Assembly: GCA_049903315.1 (NCBI GenBank)
Contig: JBNGBT010000007.1
Span: 78,160-142,159 of the forward strand
Source: Candidatus Cloacimonadota bacterium
GTDB lineage: Bacteria; Cloacimonadota; Cloacimonadia; JGIOTU-2
Reading direction: 5' to 3'
DNA: 64,000 nucleotides
In this document: positions 42,473-51,593 of the stretch, piece after piece
Layout of the letters: each line of letters begins with the position of its first letter
Numbering within the stretch: position 1 is the stretch's first letter
The notes under the pieces: generated by a model
Told to the model about the DNA's origin: nothing
What the model saw: only the letters and a program-made list of their open reading frames with translations
The model's database searches: none
Made by a program: the position numbers and the translations under genes

Positions 42473-43223
42473 GTATGATAACATTGTTCTTAATCCTCAA
42501 GCGGATCCCCAAAAAATCGAAAAGTGGAGGAAATCACTACCGCAGTTAGAAGAAAAACTAAACTATTTTTTCAAAAACTCCGCTCTTTTAGAAGCTGCTC
42601 TCATCCATAAATCAATTTACGATCAAGAAAGTGAACATTCGATTGCAGAACGATTGGAATTTCTCGGTGACTCGGTTCTGGAACTTGCCATTACAGAATA
42701 CCTTTTCAAAATGTATCATGATAAAGATGAAGGCTTTCTCACAAAAAAACGCTCGAAAGTGATCAGCAAAGTTTATTTGAACAAAAAAGCCCTTGAGATC
42801 GGGCTGGTAAAATACATACTTGTAAAGGAAGATGAGATAAAACTCACGCGCCAGAAACGTTCTTCACTTACCGCGGATACAATGGAATCTATCTTTGGGG
42901 CTATATTTCTGGATAGTTCATATCGTGAAGCAAAATACGTATTACAGAATCTTATTCTTTCAAATTTTGATGAATTGATCGCTCATACTGATCTTCAAAA
43001 TTATAAGAGTATTCTCCAGGAATTCTGTCATACTGAATTTGCAGAAAATCCTGTGTATGAAATAATAAAAGAAGCTGGTCCGGAACATCAAAAAAAGTTC
43101 TATACAAAAGTCTTCATTGGGAATAAGTACTCTTCAAGAGGGAGCGGAAAATCAAAAAAAGCTGCTGAACAAAAAGCTGCGCGCAATCTTCTTAAAAAAT
43201 TTCAAAACAAGCTAAATAAATGA
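42465..43223 (+). CDS. rnc: Ribonuclease III
   Basis: ERLEFLGDSVL; dsRBD NYKS.LQE...G.GKSKKAAEQKAA. Confidence 0.95.
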   Translation: MNEYDNIVLNPQADPQKIEKWRKSLPQLEEKLNYFFKNSALLEAALIHKSIYDQESEHSIAERLEFLGDSVLELAITEYLFKMYHDKDEGFLTKKRSKVISKVYLNKKALEIGLVKYILVKEDEIKLTRQKRSSLTADTMESIFGAIFLDSSYREAKYVLQNLILSNFDELIAHTDLQNYKSILQEFCHTEFAENPVYEIIKEAGPEHQKKFYTKVFIGNKYSSRGSGKSKKAAEQKAARNLLKKFQNKLNK

Positions 43224-45265
43224 ACGTGCTGGCATTACTTCTCATTATTCTCTGTGGAATTCTTATATTTTTTTATTATAGAATTACAAATCCACCAATA
43301 AACAATAATCTGAAAATTATTCTTGGAGTATTGAGATTCCTCTTCTTTTCAATAGTAATCCTTCTTATATTCAATCCAACTCTCCAGTTTTCCCACACAA
43401 AAAAAGTTGATCCAACGACAATCATATTGGTTGATTCCAGTGCGAGTATGCTTCAGCCACTAAATTCAAATGAAATAAAATCAAATGCAGCACAGCGCTG
43501 GGAACTCGAACTTTATGATTTTTTGAATGAACACAGCATTGACTATAAAACCGTTTATTTTAGCAACGGTTTGCAGCAGGATTCCACAACTACTGACATA
43601 TTTTTAGCTTTAAAAGAACTGCAGAATAATTCCAAACAAACGAATATATCTGATGTAATCCTTATCTCTGACGGATTGCAGCACAACAACAATTCATATC
43701 CCTACGTTGATGAACTTCAATTCCCTGTTTTCCCTATCATTTTGGGCAAAGATATAGAACTGACTGACGTTTCTCTTGATGAAGTGCTGGTGAATAATCC
43801 GGTTTTTTTGAATACTGAAACACAAATTTCATGTCGAATTTCAGGACTTACTGATTCAGTCCAATTTATGTTATCTATTCTTGATGAGAATGACCGAATA
43901 CTTGAAGAAAACCTGATCTCCAGCAGCAATAATGAACGGCAATTTACACTTTCATTTACTCCGTCAAAACTTGGTTATCAAACACTTTTTGCACAAGTGC
44001 GATTGCAAAATGAACAAGAATATTCTCTAAATAATAATAGCAGAGAATTTCTCATCAGTGTGGTCAAGGATAAAGCACAATTCACCTTGATAACATCCTC
44101 TTTAAATTGGGATATAACCTTTATTCACAGGGCTTTGATGAAGAATGAACGTTTTAAGACATCACTGCTTGTACAAAGAAAAGAAGGTTATTTCAAAGAC
44201 AACGAAAAAATTTCTCTTCCTGAAAATCTTCGTGATACAGATGTACTTATTTTGCACAATTCGAATACATTTAATTTTGATATTGCAACCATAGAAGCCA
44301 TTAAAAATTTCGTTTCCCGTGGCGGTAATATTTTTTATATTGGTAAGATCGATCCTGAATTACACAGTATCCTTCCTTTACAAACCACGAGATTCCGGGA
44401 AACAGTTCAAACGACTGTTATCCCGACTTCCGAAATGGAAAATTATCAGACTTTTCTCGTAAATCGTCACGAAGATCTTGCATCATTCTGGAATGCACTT
44501 CCCCCTGTCACCACATTTTTCTATGAAAGGAAGCCGAATACTGAAGTAATTTTGAACGCAGATATCGTTTCAGAAAATCCCATTATTGCATTTTCATCAT
44601 ATCTTCAAGGACACATCTTGCAATGGTCAGGATATGATTTCTTCAAATGGAAAATGTGGGAAAAGCCCGATGAGCCGTGGTTTGACTCCTTTATCATGAA
44701 TATTGGTCAATGGCTGCTGAATACCGATATATCACAAAGATTTTTGTGTTCCTCCGATAAAATGAGTTACCTCGAGGGGGAACCAATCAAATTCTCTGCA
44801 CATCTTTTTGATGAAAAAATGAATACGATAAGCGGACAAAACATTAAATTGCTCATCTCGCAAAATGATTCATTAGTTACCGAAAAATTCCTTTTGGAGA
44901 AAGATAATTCCTATGAAGTAGACATTGAAAATCTAAAACCTGGTAAATATATCTATTCTGCAGAAACCACATCCGGGAAAAATTTGTATAAGGACGATGG
45001 ACAATTTCTGATTGAGTTTCTTACTTTAGAACAAAGCACACAAGGAATACAGAAAGCATATTTGCAGTATATTGCTTCAAAGACAAAAGGTGAAATACTG
45101 ACATCTTCAGATGATTTTGAAAAAATTCTGACAGTTCAGCGAGAGCCAATAATAATTCAATCAACACGAGATATTGAGTTGTGGAAAAAGTGGTATCTTG
45201 CAGTGATTGCGATACTTCTGATCGCAACCGAACTATTCCTCAGAAAAAAGAAAGGACTACTATGA
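43220..45265 (+). CDS. Membrane protein with vWA-like and glutamine-amidotransferase-like domains
   Basis: N- and C-terminal TMs; LVDSSASM and ILISDG; ends LRKKKGLL. Confidence 0.65.
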   Translation: MNVLALLLIILCGILIFFYYRITNPPINNNLKIILGVLRFLFFSIVILLIFNPTLQFSHTKKVDPTTIILVDSSASMLQPLNSNEIKSNAAQRWELELYDFLNEHSIDYKTVYFSNGLQQDSTTTDIFLALKELQNNSKQTNISDVILISDGLQHNNNSYPYVDELQFPVFPIILGKDIELTDVSLDEVLVNNPVFLNTETQISCRISGLTDSVQFMLSILDENDRILEENLISSSNNERQFTLSFTPSKLGYQTLFAQVRLQNEQEYSLNNNSREFLISVVKDKAQFTLITSSLNWDITFIHRALMKNERFKTSLLVQRKEGYFKDNEKISLPENLRDTDVLILHNSNTFNFDIATIEAIKNFVSRGGNIFYIGKIDPELHSILPLQTTRFRETVQTTVIPTSEMENYQTFLVNRHEDLASFWNALPPVTTFFYERKPNTEVILNADIVSENPIIAFSSYLQGHILQWSGYDFFKWKMWEKPDEPWFDSFIMNIGQWLLNTDISQRFLCSSDKMSYLEGEPIKFSAHLFDEKMNTISGQNIKLLISQNDSLVTEKFLLEKDNSYEVDIENLKPGKYIYSAETTSGKNLYKDDGQFLIEFLTLEQSTQGIQKAYLQYIASKTKGEILTSSDDFEKILTVQREPIIIQSTRDIELWKKWYLAVIAILLIATELFLRKKKGLL

Positions 45266-45807
45266 GACAATGTAATAATTCCGATGCAGTAAAACGTATG
45301 AACAGACCTTCCAGACTTGCACTTGCGGTCTCAAAACCAAAAGACGGACCTGCGAATATTATCACTTTGGGATGGTTTATGAGGACTTCGATCAAGCCGC
45401 CTATGTTTACAATTTCAGTTGGTTTGACGCGATATTCACATGAAATTTTGTCTGAGAATCGAAACTTTGTACTCGCAGTTCCATCTATAAAAATGGCTGA
45501 ACAGACCATGCAATGTGGTTTGCAATCCGGAAGAAATATTGATAAAATTTCAGAATTTGGAATAAAAACAAGGCAAGGGAAACTGACTAATATTCCGATT
45601 CTTGCTGATGCTGTAGCAAATTTTGAATGCAAAACTATCACGCAGATACGCAGTGGAGATCACACGATCTTTGTTGGTGAAGTGAAGTATTCTTGGCAAA
45701 ATGATGATGAAAATCTTGAACAGCTTTTGTCCATTCCTGTAAATGATGACAGATTTAATATGCTAATTCATAAGGGCAGTTATGCCTTCGGATTTATAAA
45801 AAATTAA
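45262..45807 (+). CDS. Flavin reductase family protein
   Basis: NIITLGW, S.KPP, CG..SGR..DK, GDHTIFVGEV. Confidence 0.9.
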   Translation: MRQCNNSDAVKRMNRPSRLALAVSKPKDGPANIITLGWFMRTSIKPPMFTISVGLTRYSHEILSENRNFVLAVPSIKMAEQTMQCGLQSGRNIDKISEFGIKTRQGKLTNIPILADAVANFECKTITQIRSGDHTIFVGEVKYSWQNDDENLEQLLSIPVNDDRFNMLIHKGSYAFGFIKN

Positions 45808-45817
45808 GGGAGTATAT

Positions 45818-46330
45818 ATGATTCTCAAATATTTAGGAAAAGAGCCAAAAATTGGAAAAGAAGTATTTATTGCCGAAGGGGCAAAAGTAATCGGGGATGT
45901 GACACTTGGAAACCATGCAAGTGTGTGGTTCAATGCGGTCGTACGAGGAGATGTGAACTACATTAAAATTGGTGAGAATACCAATATTCAGGATAATTCG
46001 GTTCTTCATGTTACCACAGACATTGCACCCCTTAATATCGGAAAAAATGTCACTGTCGGACATAATGTTATACTTCACGGCTGCACAATTGAGGACAATT
46101 GCATGATCGGGAGTGGTGCGATCATCTGGGATGGCGCAGTCATAGGTGAAGGATCGATCGTTGGTGCAGGGGCAGTAGTGCTTGCAAACTTTAAAGCACC
46201 TCCACACTCACTTGTACTTGGCACTCCTGCAAAGCTAAAAAAAGAAATTCCCGAGGAACAGTACAACCAACTCATTGTCTTGGCAGAGCATTATTCACAA
46301 TATGCACAAAATTATATGAAAGATCGATAA
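45818..46330 (+). CDS. Gamma-carbonic-anhydrase family hexapeptide-repeat protein
   Basis: VRGDVN.I.IG..TNIQD..VLH, TVGH..LHGC. Confidence 0.92.
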   Translation: MILKYLGKEPKIGKEVFIAEGAKVIGDVTLGNHASVWFNAVVRGDVNYIKIGENTNIQDNSVLHVTTDIAPLNIGKNVTVGHNVILHGCTIEDNCMIGSGAIIWDGAVIGEGSIVGAGAVVLANFKAPPHSLVLGTPAKLKKEIPEEQYNQLIVLAEHYSQYAQNYMKDR

Positions 46331-46335
46331 GATAA

Positions 46336-47733
46336 ATGGAAAAACATACAGTTGCAATAATTGGCGGGGGACCTGGTGGATACGCTGCTGCGATACGGCT
46401 ACAGCAATATGGGATAGATTGTATCGTTTTCGAAAAAGAGCGGTTGGGCGGTGTATGCCTTAACTGGGGATGCATTCCCACCAAAGCTCTGGTAAAAGTT
46501 GCCGACCTTTTCTCCGAGCTCCATCATGTAGAAGAATTCGGACTCGCACTTGAAAATCCGTCATTTGATTATGCAAAGATATTCGAGCGAAAGAACCAGG
46601 TCGTGGAAAAGCTGGTTTCAGGATTGGAGTTCTTATTCAAAAAACGCCAGATACCCGTCATAAAAGGATCTGTGAAGGTTATTGAGAAGAGTGGGGGATC
46701 CTATCTCATCTCATCAGAAAACGAATCAATACAGGCATCTTATGTGATTATTGCAACAGGTTCAAAACCAAAAGACCTACCAACGTTCAAAATCGATGGA
46801 ACAAATATACTCTCATCAAAAGATGTATTGAAACTGCAGCAACTTCCGAAGTGTTTATGTATTGTCGGCGGTGGTGTGATTGGCTGTGAGTTTGCCTCTA
46901 TTTTTGCTCAACTTGGTGTGGAAGTAGAGATCGTTGAATTCCTTCCACGACTTATCAGCACAGAAGATGAGGAAATATCCAAACGCCTGGCAATGGCTTT
47001 GAAGAAAACCGGCATTAAAATTCACCTGAACACTGCGGTTGAAAGCTGGAAATCTATAAACAGCGAGTTGCAGCTCTCACTCTCAAATGGCAAAGAAATA
47101 ATAACCGATAAAGTACTTCTCAGTGTAGGAAGAGATCCTGTGTTTGATATTAAATGTAAAAATTTTGATGTGAAAATGGAAAGGAATGCACTGTCTATCA
47201 ATGATAATTTTGAAACGAATAATCAAAATCTGTTTGCAATAGGGGATGTCACTGCGAAAATGATGCTCGCACATACAGCCAGCAAGCAGGGACTTCTTAC
47301 TGCCGAAATCCTAAAAAACAAGATCGAGGGAATTGACGTAAAAACCGATGCACTTTGTTATCAAAACATCCCAAGATGCACTTTTACACATCCTGAAATC
47401 GGCTCTGTCGGTCTCACAGAAGTACAGGCGAAAGAGAAATACAAAGAGATATTGATCGGGAAATTCCCTTTCTCTGCGAATGGGAAAGCGCTTGGATTAG
47501 GGCAAACTTTTGGTTTTGTGAAAACCCTTGCCAATGCACAAAGCAAGAAGCTGGTGGGCATGCATATAATAGGACCACAAGCTACAGAACTCATTGCAGA
47601 GGGCGGTATTTTCATTCAATCCGAAATGACTATCAATGAAGCGCTCAAAATCGTTTTTGCGCATCCCACACTCTCGGAAGTAGTCGCAGAATCTATTGAA
47701 GATCTCGAGAAGATGTCGATCAATAGCATGTAG
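46336..47733 (+). CDS. lpdA: Dihydrolipoamide dehydrogenase
   Basis: GGGPGGY, GGVCLNWGCIPTK, AHPTLSE. Confidence 0.95.
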   Translation: MEKHTVAIIGGGPGGYAAAIRLQQYGIDCIVFEKERLGGVCLNWGCIPTKALVKVADLFSELHHVEEFGLALENPSFDYAKIFERKNQVVEKLVSGLEFLFKKRQIPVIKGSVKVIEKSGGSYLISSENESIQASYVIIATGSKPKDLPTFKIDGTNILSSKDVLKLQQLPKCLCIVGGGVIGCEFASIFAQLGVEVEIVEFLPRLISTEDEEISKRLAMALKKTGIKIHLNTAVESWKSINSELQLSLSNGKEIITDKVLLSVGRDPVFDIKCKNFDVKMERNALSINDNFETNNQNLFAIGDVTAKMMLAHTASKQGLLTAEILKNKIEGIDVKTDALCYQNIPRCTFTHPEIGSVGLTEVQAKEKYKEILIGKFPFSANGKALGLGQTFGFVKTLANAQSKKLVGMHIIGPQATELIAEGGIFIQSEMTINEALKIVFAHPTLSEVVAESIEDLEKMSINSM

Positions 47734-47745
47734 AACAATATAATT

Positions 47746-47829
47746 CACACCTCGTTCTCAGATTCTACACCACACCCCGTTCTCAAGTTATAGATCATTC
47801 CTCGTTCCTAAGTTGAACTTGGGAACGAG
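47746..47829. repeat. Three degenerate 25-bp tandem units ending in a family A palindrome (47801-47829)
   Basis: cacacctcgttctcagatt.., cacaccccgttctcaagtt.., cattcctcgttcctaagttgaacttgggaacgag. Confidence 0.8.
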
Positions 47830-48084
47830 AATAAATATTTTATCAAAGAGATTTTTTTAGATAACTTCCGGAAATTTCAAGTATATATAACCGATAACTT
47901 TGAAAAACTGGACATCATATACAACAACTTGTCGCGATGGGTCTACGATCCCTAAACTTACTGGAAAAAGAATAGGGTTGTTAACTTAAATGGGGTAAAA
48001 GATTTAGGTATAAATCAAAGCTAAGGTACCTTTCCGACTGTGTTAGATTAGCACTCCCTATAATTATAAATCTTAAGGAAAAGA

Positions 48085-50145
48085 ATGAATATTAAAAAAC
48101 TTAGAAATATCGGTATTAGTGCCCATATCGATTCGGGCAAAACAACATTAACAGAACGAATTCTATATTACTGTAATAAAATATACAGAATCGGTGAAGT
48201 ACACGGGAAAGACGGCGTTGGAGCCACCATGGATTCCATGGAACTCGAAAAAGAACGCGGCATCACGATCGCGTCTGCTGCAACAAACGTGAGATGGCAA
48301 GGCTACGATCTTAATGTGATCGATACTCCGGGACATGTTGACTTTACGATAGAAGTTGAAAATGCCCTGCGAGTGCTGGACGGAGCGATACTTGTTCTCT
48401 GTGGCGTGAGTGGAGTTCAGTCGCAATCCATCACAGTGGATAGACAATTGAAACGCTACAGGGTACCTCACATCGCTTTTATTAACAAGTTAGACAGAGC
48501 CGGTGCCGATCCTGAAAAAATTAAAGATCAACTATGTGAGAAACTGGATCATAATGCAGTTCTCATGCAGATTCCGATCGGTTTAGAAGAAAACTTTGAA
48601 GGCATCATTGATCTCGTTTCCCGCAAAGCCAGGTACTTTACCGGTCCTCATGGCGAAGAGGTTAAAGAGACAGAAATCCCTGCAGAATATAAAGCAAAAA
48701 CTGAAGAAATGCGCGAAATCCTGATCGACGCTGCTTCAATGTTCAGCAACAAACTGGCAGAAGCTTTTCTCGATGGAAATGAAACTGAAGAAATGATCTA
48801 TGCGGCAGTAAGAAAAGCTACCATTGCTTTGGAATTGACTCCTGTATTTATCGGCTCCGCTTATAAAAACAAAGGAGTTCAATTGCTGCTCGATGCCGTT
48901 GTACGATATCTTCCCAATCCAACCGAAAGAATAAACATCGCTCATGATAAGGACGATGACATGAGGGACATAACCCTTCAATCTGATCCCGATCTCCCGG
49001 TTGTTGCACTGGCTTTTAAATTGGAAAATCAACAATATGGACAACTTACCTATATAAGGATTTATCAGGGTAGAATAGCAAAAGGCTCAAATCTGCATAA
49101 TGCCCGAACCGGCAATAAAATCAAAGTAGGTCGTCTGGTGAAAATGCATGCTGATAATATGGAAGATATTACCAGTGCCAGCGCTGGTGATATAGTAGCA
49201 TTGTTTGGTGTAGACTGCGCTTTGGGAGATACGTTCAATAGCGGAAATAATAATTTTACAATGCGCCAGTCATTCGTTCCCAAGCCAATAATATCCTTTG
49301 CTTTGGGAATTAAAGACAATACGGATCAGGAGAAACTTGCGAAAGCATTATCCAGATTTACTAAAGAAGATCCTACCTTCAAGGCAAATGTGGATGAAGA
49401 AACCAATGAAACGATTGTGCACGGAATGGGCGAATTGCATCTCAATATCTATATCGAAAGAATTAGAAGAGAATATGGTGTGAACCTGGAAGTTAATGCG
49501 CCACAGGTTTCCTATCGGGAAACTCTTACGAAGGCTGTCGAATTTGATTATATTCATAAGAAGCAAACTGGCGGACACGGCCAATATGCACGTATAAAGG
49601 GAATTTTAACGCATTCCGGAAAAGATGAAAATATCTTCATGGATAAAGTGCGGGGCGGTAATATTCCCAGCCAATTCATGCCGGGTTGCGAAAAAGGATT
49701 TCTTTCTTCACTCGACAAAGGAGCACTTGCTGAATTCCCTGTAGTGGGGGTGAAGATGACTTTGGATGATGGTGATTTTCATGAAGTCGATTCCTCACCA
49801 CTTGCCTTTGAAATAGCGACCAGATCAGCTTTTAAAGAAAATTATCATAAAGCCAAGCCGATCATCCTTGAACCGGTGATGAAAGTTTCGGTGGAAACTC
49901 CTTCGGAATTTCGCGCGAATATTATGGCGATCATCAATCAAAATCGAGGAAATGTATTAGATACAGTTATTGATGAACATTTTACCCGCATCGATTCGGA
50001 AATGCCCCTCTCCGAAACTTTTGGTCTTGTGACACAATTTCGTTCCGTCACACAGGGTAAAGCAGATTTTACTATGGAATTCAGTAAATATAAACCTCTT
50101 CCCAAGAACCTGGAAGAAGAACTCTTGAAGAAGAAAGAGAAATAG
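48085..50145 (+). CDS. fusA: Elongation factor G (spirochaete/mtEFG1-like subtype)
   Basis: [55 protein letters not shown]. Confidence 0.93.
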   Translation: MNIKKLRNIGISAHIDSGKTTLTERILYYCNKIYRIGEVHGKDGVGATMDSMELEKERGITIASAATNVRWQGYDLNVIDTPGHVDFTIEVENALRVLDGAILVLCGVSGVQSQSITVDRQLKRYRVPHIAFINKLDRAGADPEKIKDQLCEKLDHNAVLMQIPIGLEENFEGIIDLVSRKARYFTGPHGEEVKETEIPAEYKAKTEEMREILIDAASMFSNKLAEAFLDGNETEEMIYAAVRKATIALELTPVFIGSAYKNKGVQLLLDAVVRYLPNPTERINIAHDKDDDMRDITLQSDPDLPVVALAFKLENQQYGQLTYIRIYQGRIAKGSNLHNARTGNKIKVGRLVKMHADNMEDITSASAGDIVALFGVDCALGDTFNSGNNNFTMRQSFVPKPIISFALGIKDNTDQEKLAKALSRFTKEDPTFKANVDEETNETIVHGMGELHLNIYIERIRREYGVNLEVNAPQVSYRETLTKAVEFDYIHKKQTGGHGQYARIKGILTHSGKDENIFMDKVRGGNIPSQFMPGCEKGFLSSLDKGALAEFPVVGVKMTLDDGDFHEVDSSPLAFEIATRSAFKENYHKAKPIILEPVMKVSVETPSEFRANIMAIINQNRGNVLDTVIDEHFTRIDSEMPLSETFGLVTQFRSVTQGKADFTMEFSKYKPLPKNLEEELLKKKEK

Positions 50146-50200
50146 ATTTTTGGATATTTTCCTCATCCCACGCTGGGCTTGAGCTATTTATAAAAAAAAT

Positions 50201-50229
50201 CTCGTTCCCAAGTTCAACTTAGGAACGAG
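50201..50229. repeat. REP-like palindrome, family A
   Basis: ctcgttcccaagttcaacttaggaacgag, the exact reverse complement of 47801-47829. Confidence 0.9.
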
Positions 50230-50315
50230 TTGAATGACACTCATATATTTGACAATATAATAATTCATATCACGTATTTGTGTAGTACATATAAATGAGA
50301 TAGGAGACTTAAAGT

Positions 50316-51263
50316 ATGAAAACCAAAATATCATTACTCGCTCTGGCACTCTTCGCAATTGTCCTGTCGAGCTGCACTACGACACCTCATAAAAACGCAA
50401 TAAAAGTGGGTTATTTACCAATGGTTTCCAGTTTGACCCATTTTGTTGCTGTTGAGAACGGATATTACAAAGATGAAGGGCTCGACGTTCAAGCTCAGCA
50501 GATAATGACAAGCAATCTTATCGCACAAGAGCTTGTTGCAGGAAACATAGATGCGGCTATTGAACTTTCAATAATTCCACTCCTCAAGCAGCTGGCACAA
50601 TCGCCAAATGCTGCAAAGATCTTTTCCATCAGCAGCATTACGAGCGAAAATGGTTTTGACGGAGTTCTTGTACAATCAAATTCGCCACTTGTGAAGCTCG
50701 AAGACATTGCAGGTAAGAAAATTGGCGTCTTCCCCGGTACAACTGCGAAGAATTCCCTTTCAGATATTTTCAAAACACAGTTTCCAAATCTTGAACTCCC
50801 AATTTTTGTTGAACTGGACCCGGTAGTTCATATACAATCTTTAGAAAACGGTGATATTGATGCCCTCTTTGCATATGAACCGACTTTGACTCTTGGTATC
50901 GTAGAGAATAGCTTTCAAGAGATATCCAGCTCTATTTACGCAATCCAATACTCACCGAATCCAATCGGTGTGGGAGCAGTTAATGATAAATGGTTGACAG
51001 AAAATCCGGAAACTGCAAAAATATTTTTTAAAGCGATTGACAGAGCAGTAGAGTTTATAGAGAACAATCCAATTGAAGCAAGAAAGATCCTGGCAAAAGC
51101 AACAGACCTGGATGAAAATATCGCAAACGAAATGAATATAATGCCTCTTTCACTCTCAGCACAAATCGATTATAATAACTTGAAAGGTTACCTGGATGTT
51201 CTCGAAAAACTCGGGGAAATCACTGAGACACCATCCCCAAAAGATATTTGTATTCATGAGTGA
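50316..51263 (+). CDS. ABC transporter substrate-binding lipoprotein (SsuA/NMT1-like)
   Basis: Lipobox LSSC; IKVGYLP, GKKIGV.PGT, G.IDA....EP. Confidence 0.88.
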   Translation: MKTKISLLALALFAIVLSSCTTTPHKNAIKVGYLPMVSSLTHFVAVENGYYKDEGLDVQAQQIMTSNLIAQELVAGNIDAAIELSIIPLLKQLAQSPNAAKIFSISSITSENGFDGVLVQSNSPLVKLEDIAGKKIGVFPGTTAKNSLSDIFKTQFPNLELPIFVELDPVVHIQSLENGDIDALFAYEPTLTLGIVENSFQEISSSIYAIQYSPNPIGVGAVNDKWLTENPETAKIFFKAIDRAVEFIENNPIEARKILAKATDLDENIANEMNIMPLSLSAQIDYNNLKGYLDVLEKLGEITETPSPKDICIHE

Positions 51264-51273
51264 GTATATTCTT

Positions 51274-51302
51274 CTCATTTCCAAGTTCAACTTAGGAACG
51301 AG
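51274..51302. repeat. REP-like palindrome, family A
   Basis: ctcatttccaagttcaacttaggaacgag, two mismatches from the 50201 copy, same orientation. Confidence 0.85.
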
Positions 51303-51332
51303 AGTTTAGGAGGGTTTAGGAGAATTTATGCT

Positions 51333-51593
51333 TTATAGCGTCATCAGTATCGGCTCAATGAGTTCGAATGCTCTCTCCTTATCCTCTTTATATACCAACA
51401 CCTGAATATAGCTCTTCTTACTTGAATACTCGAAAAATGTACCGAGCGAAAGACCTTTTCGGCTATAGGTAAAAGGTATAGCATTTTCTTCCAAAACCTC
51501 AGCAATTGCCTCGAACTGCAAAGTATTGTGTGCTTTACACAACTCGACTATTTCGTCAGTATTATCTAAATCCGCTATCTTCATATCATTCAT
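51333..51593 (-). CDS. DUF2007-like small protein
   Basis: AIAEVLEENAIP...IQVLVYKEDKERAFELI. Confidence 0.65.
   Translation of the reverse strand: MNDMKIADLDNTDEIVELCKAHNTLQFEAIAEVLEENAIPFTYSRKGLSLGTFFEYSSKKSYIQVLVYKEDKERAFELIEPILMTL

Noticed and set aside
47746..47829. Possible mini-CRISPR array
   Set aside because: The period is only 25 bp, the units are degenerate, there are no unique spacers of CRISPR length, and no cas genes are present.
51301..51330. 10-bp tandem agagtttagg/agggtttagg/agaatttatg
   Set aside because: Three degenerate low-complexity units with no supportable function.
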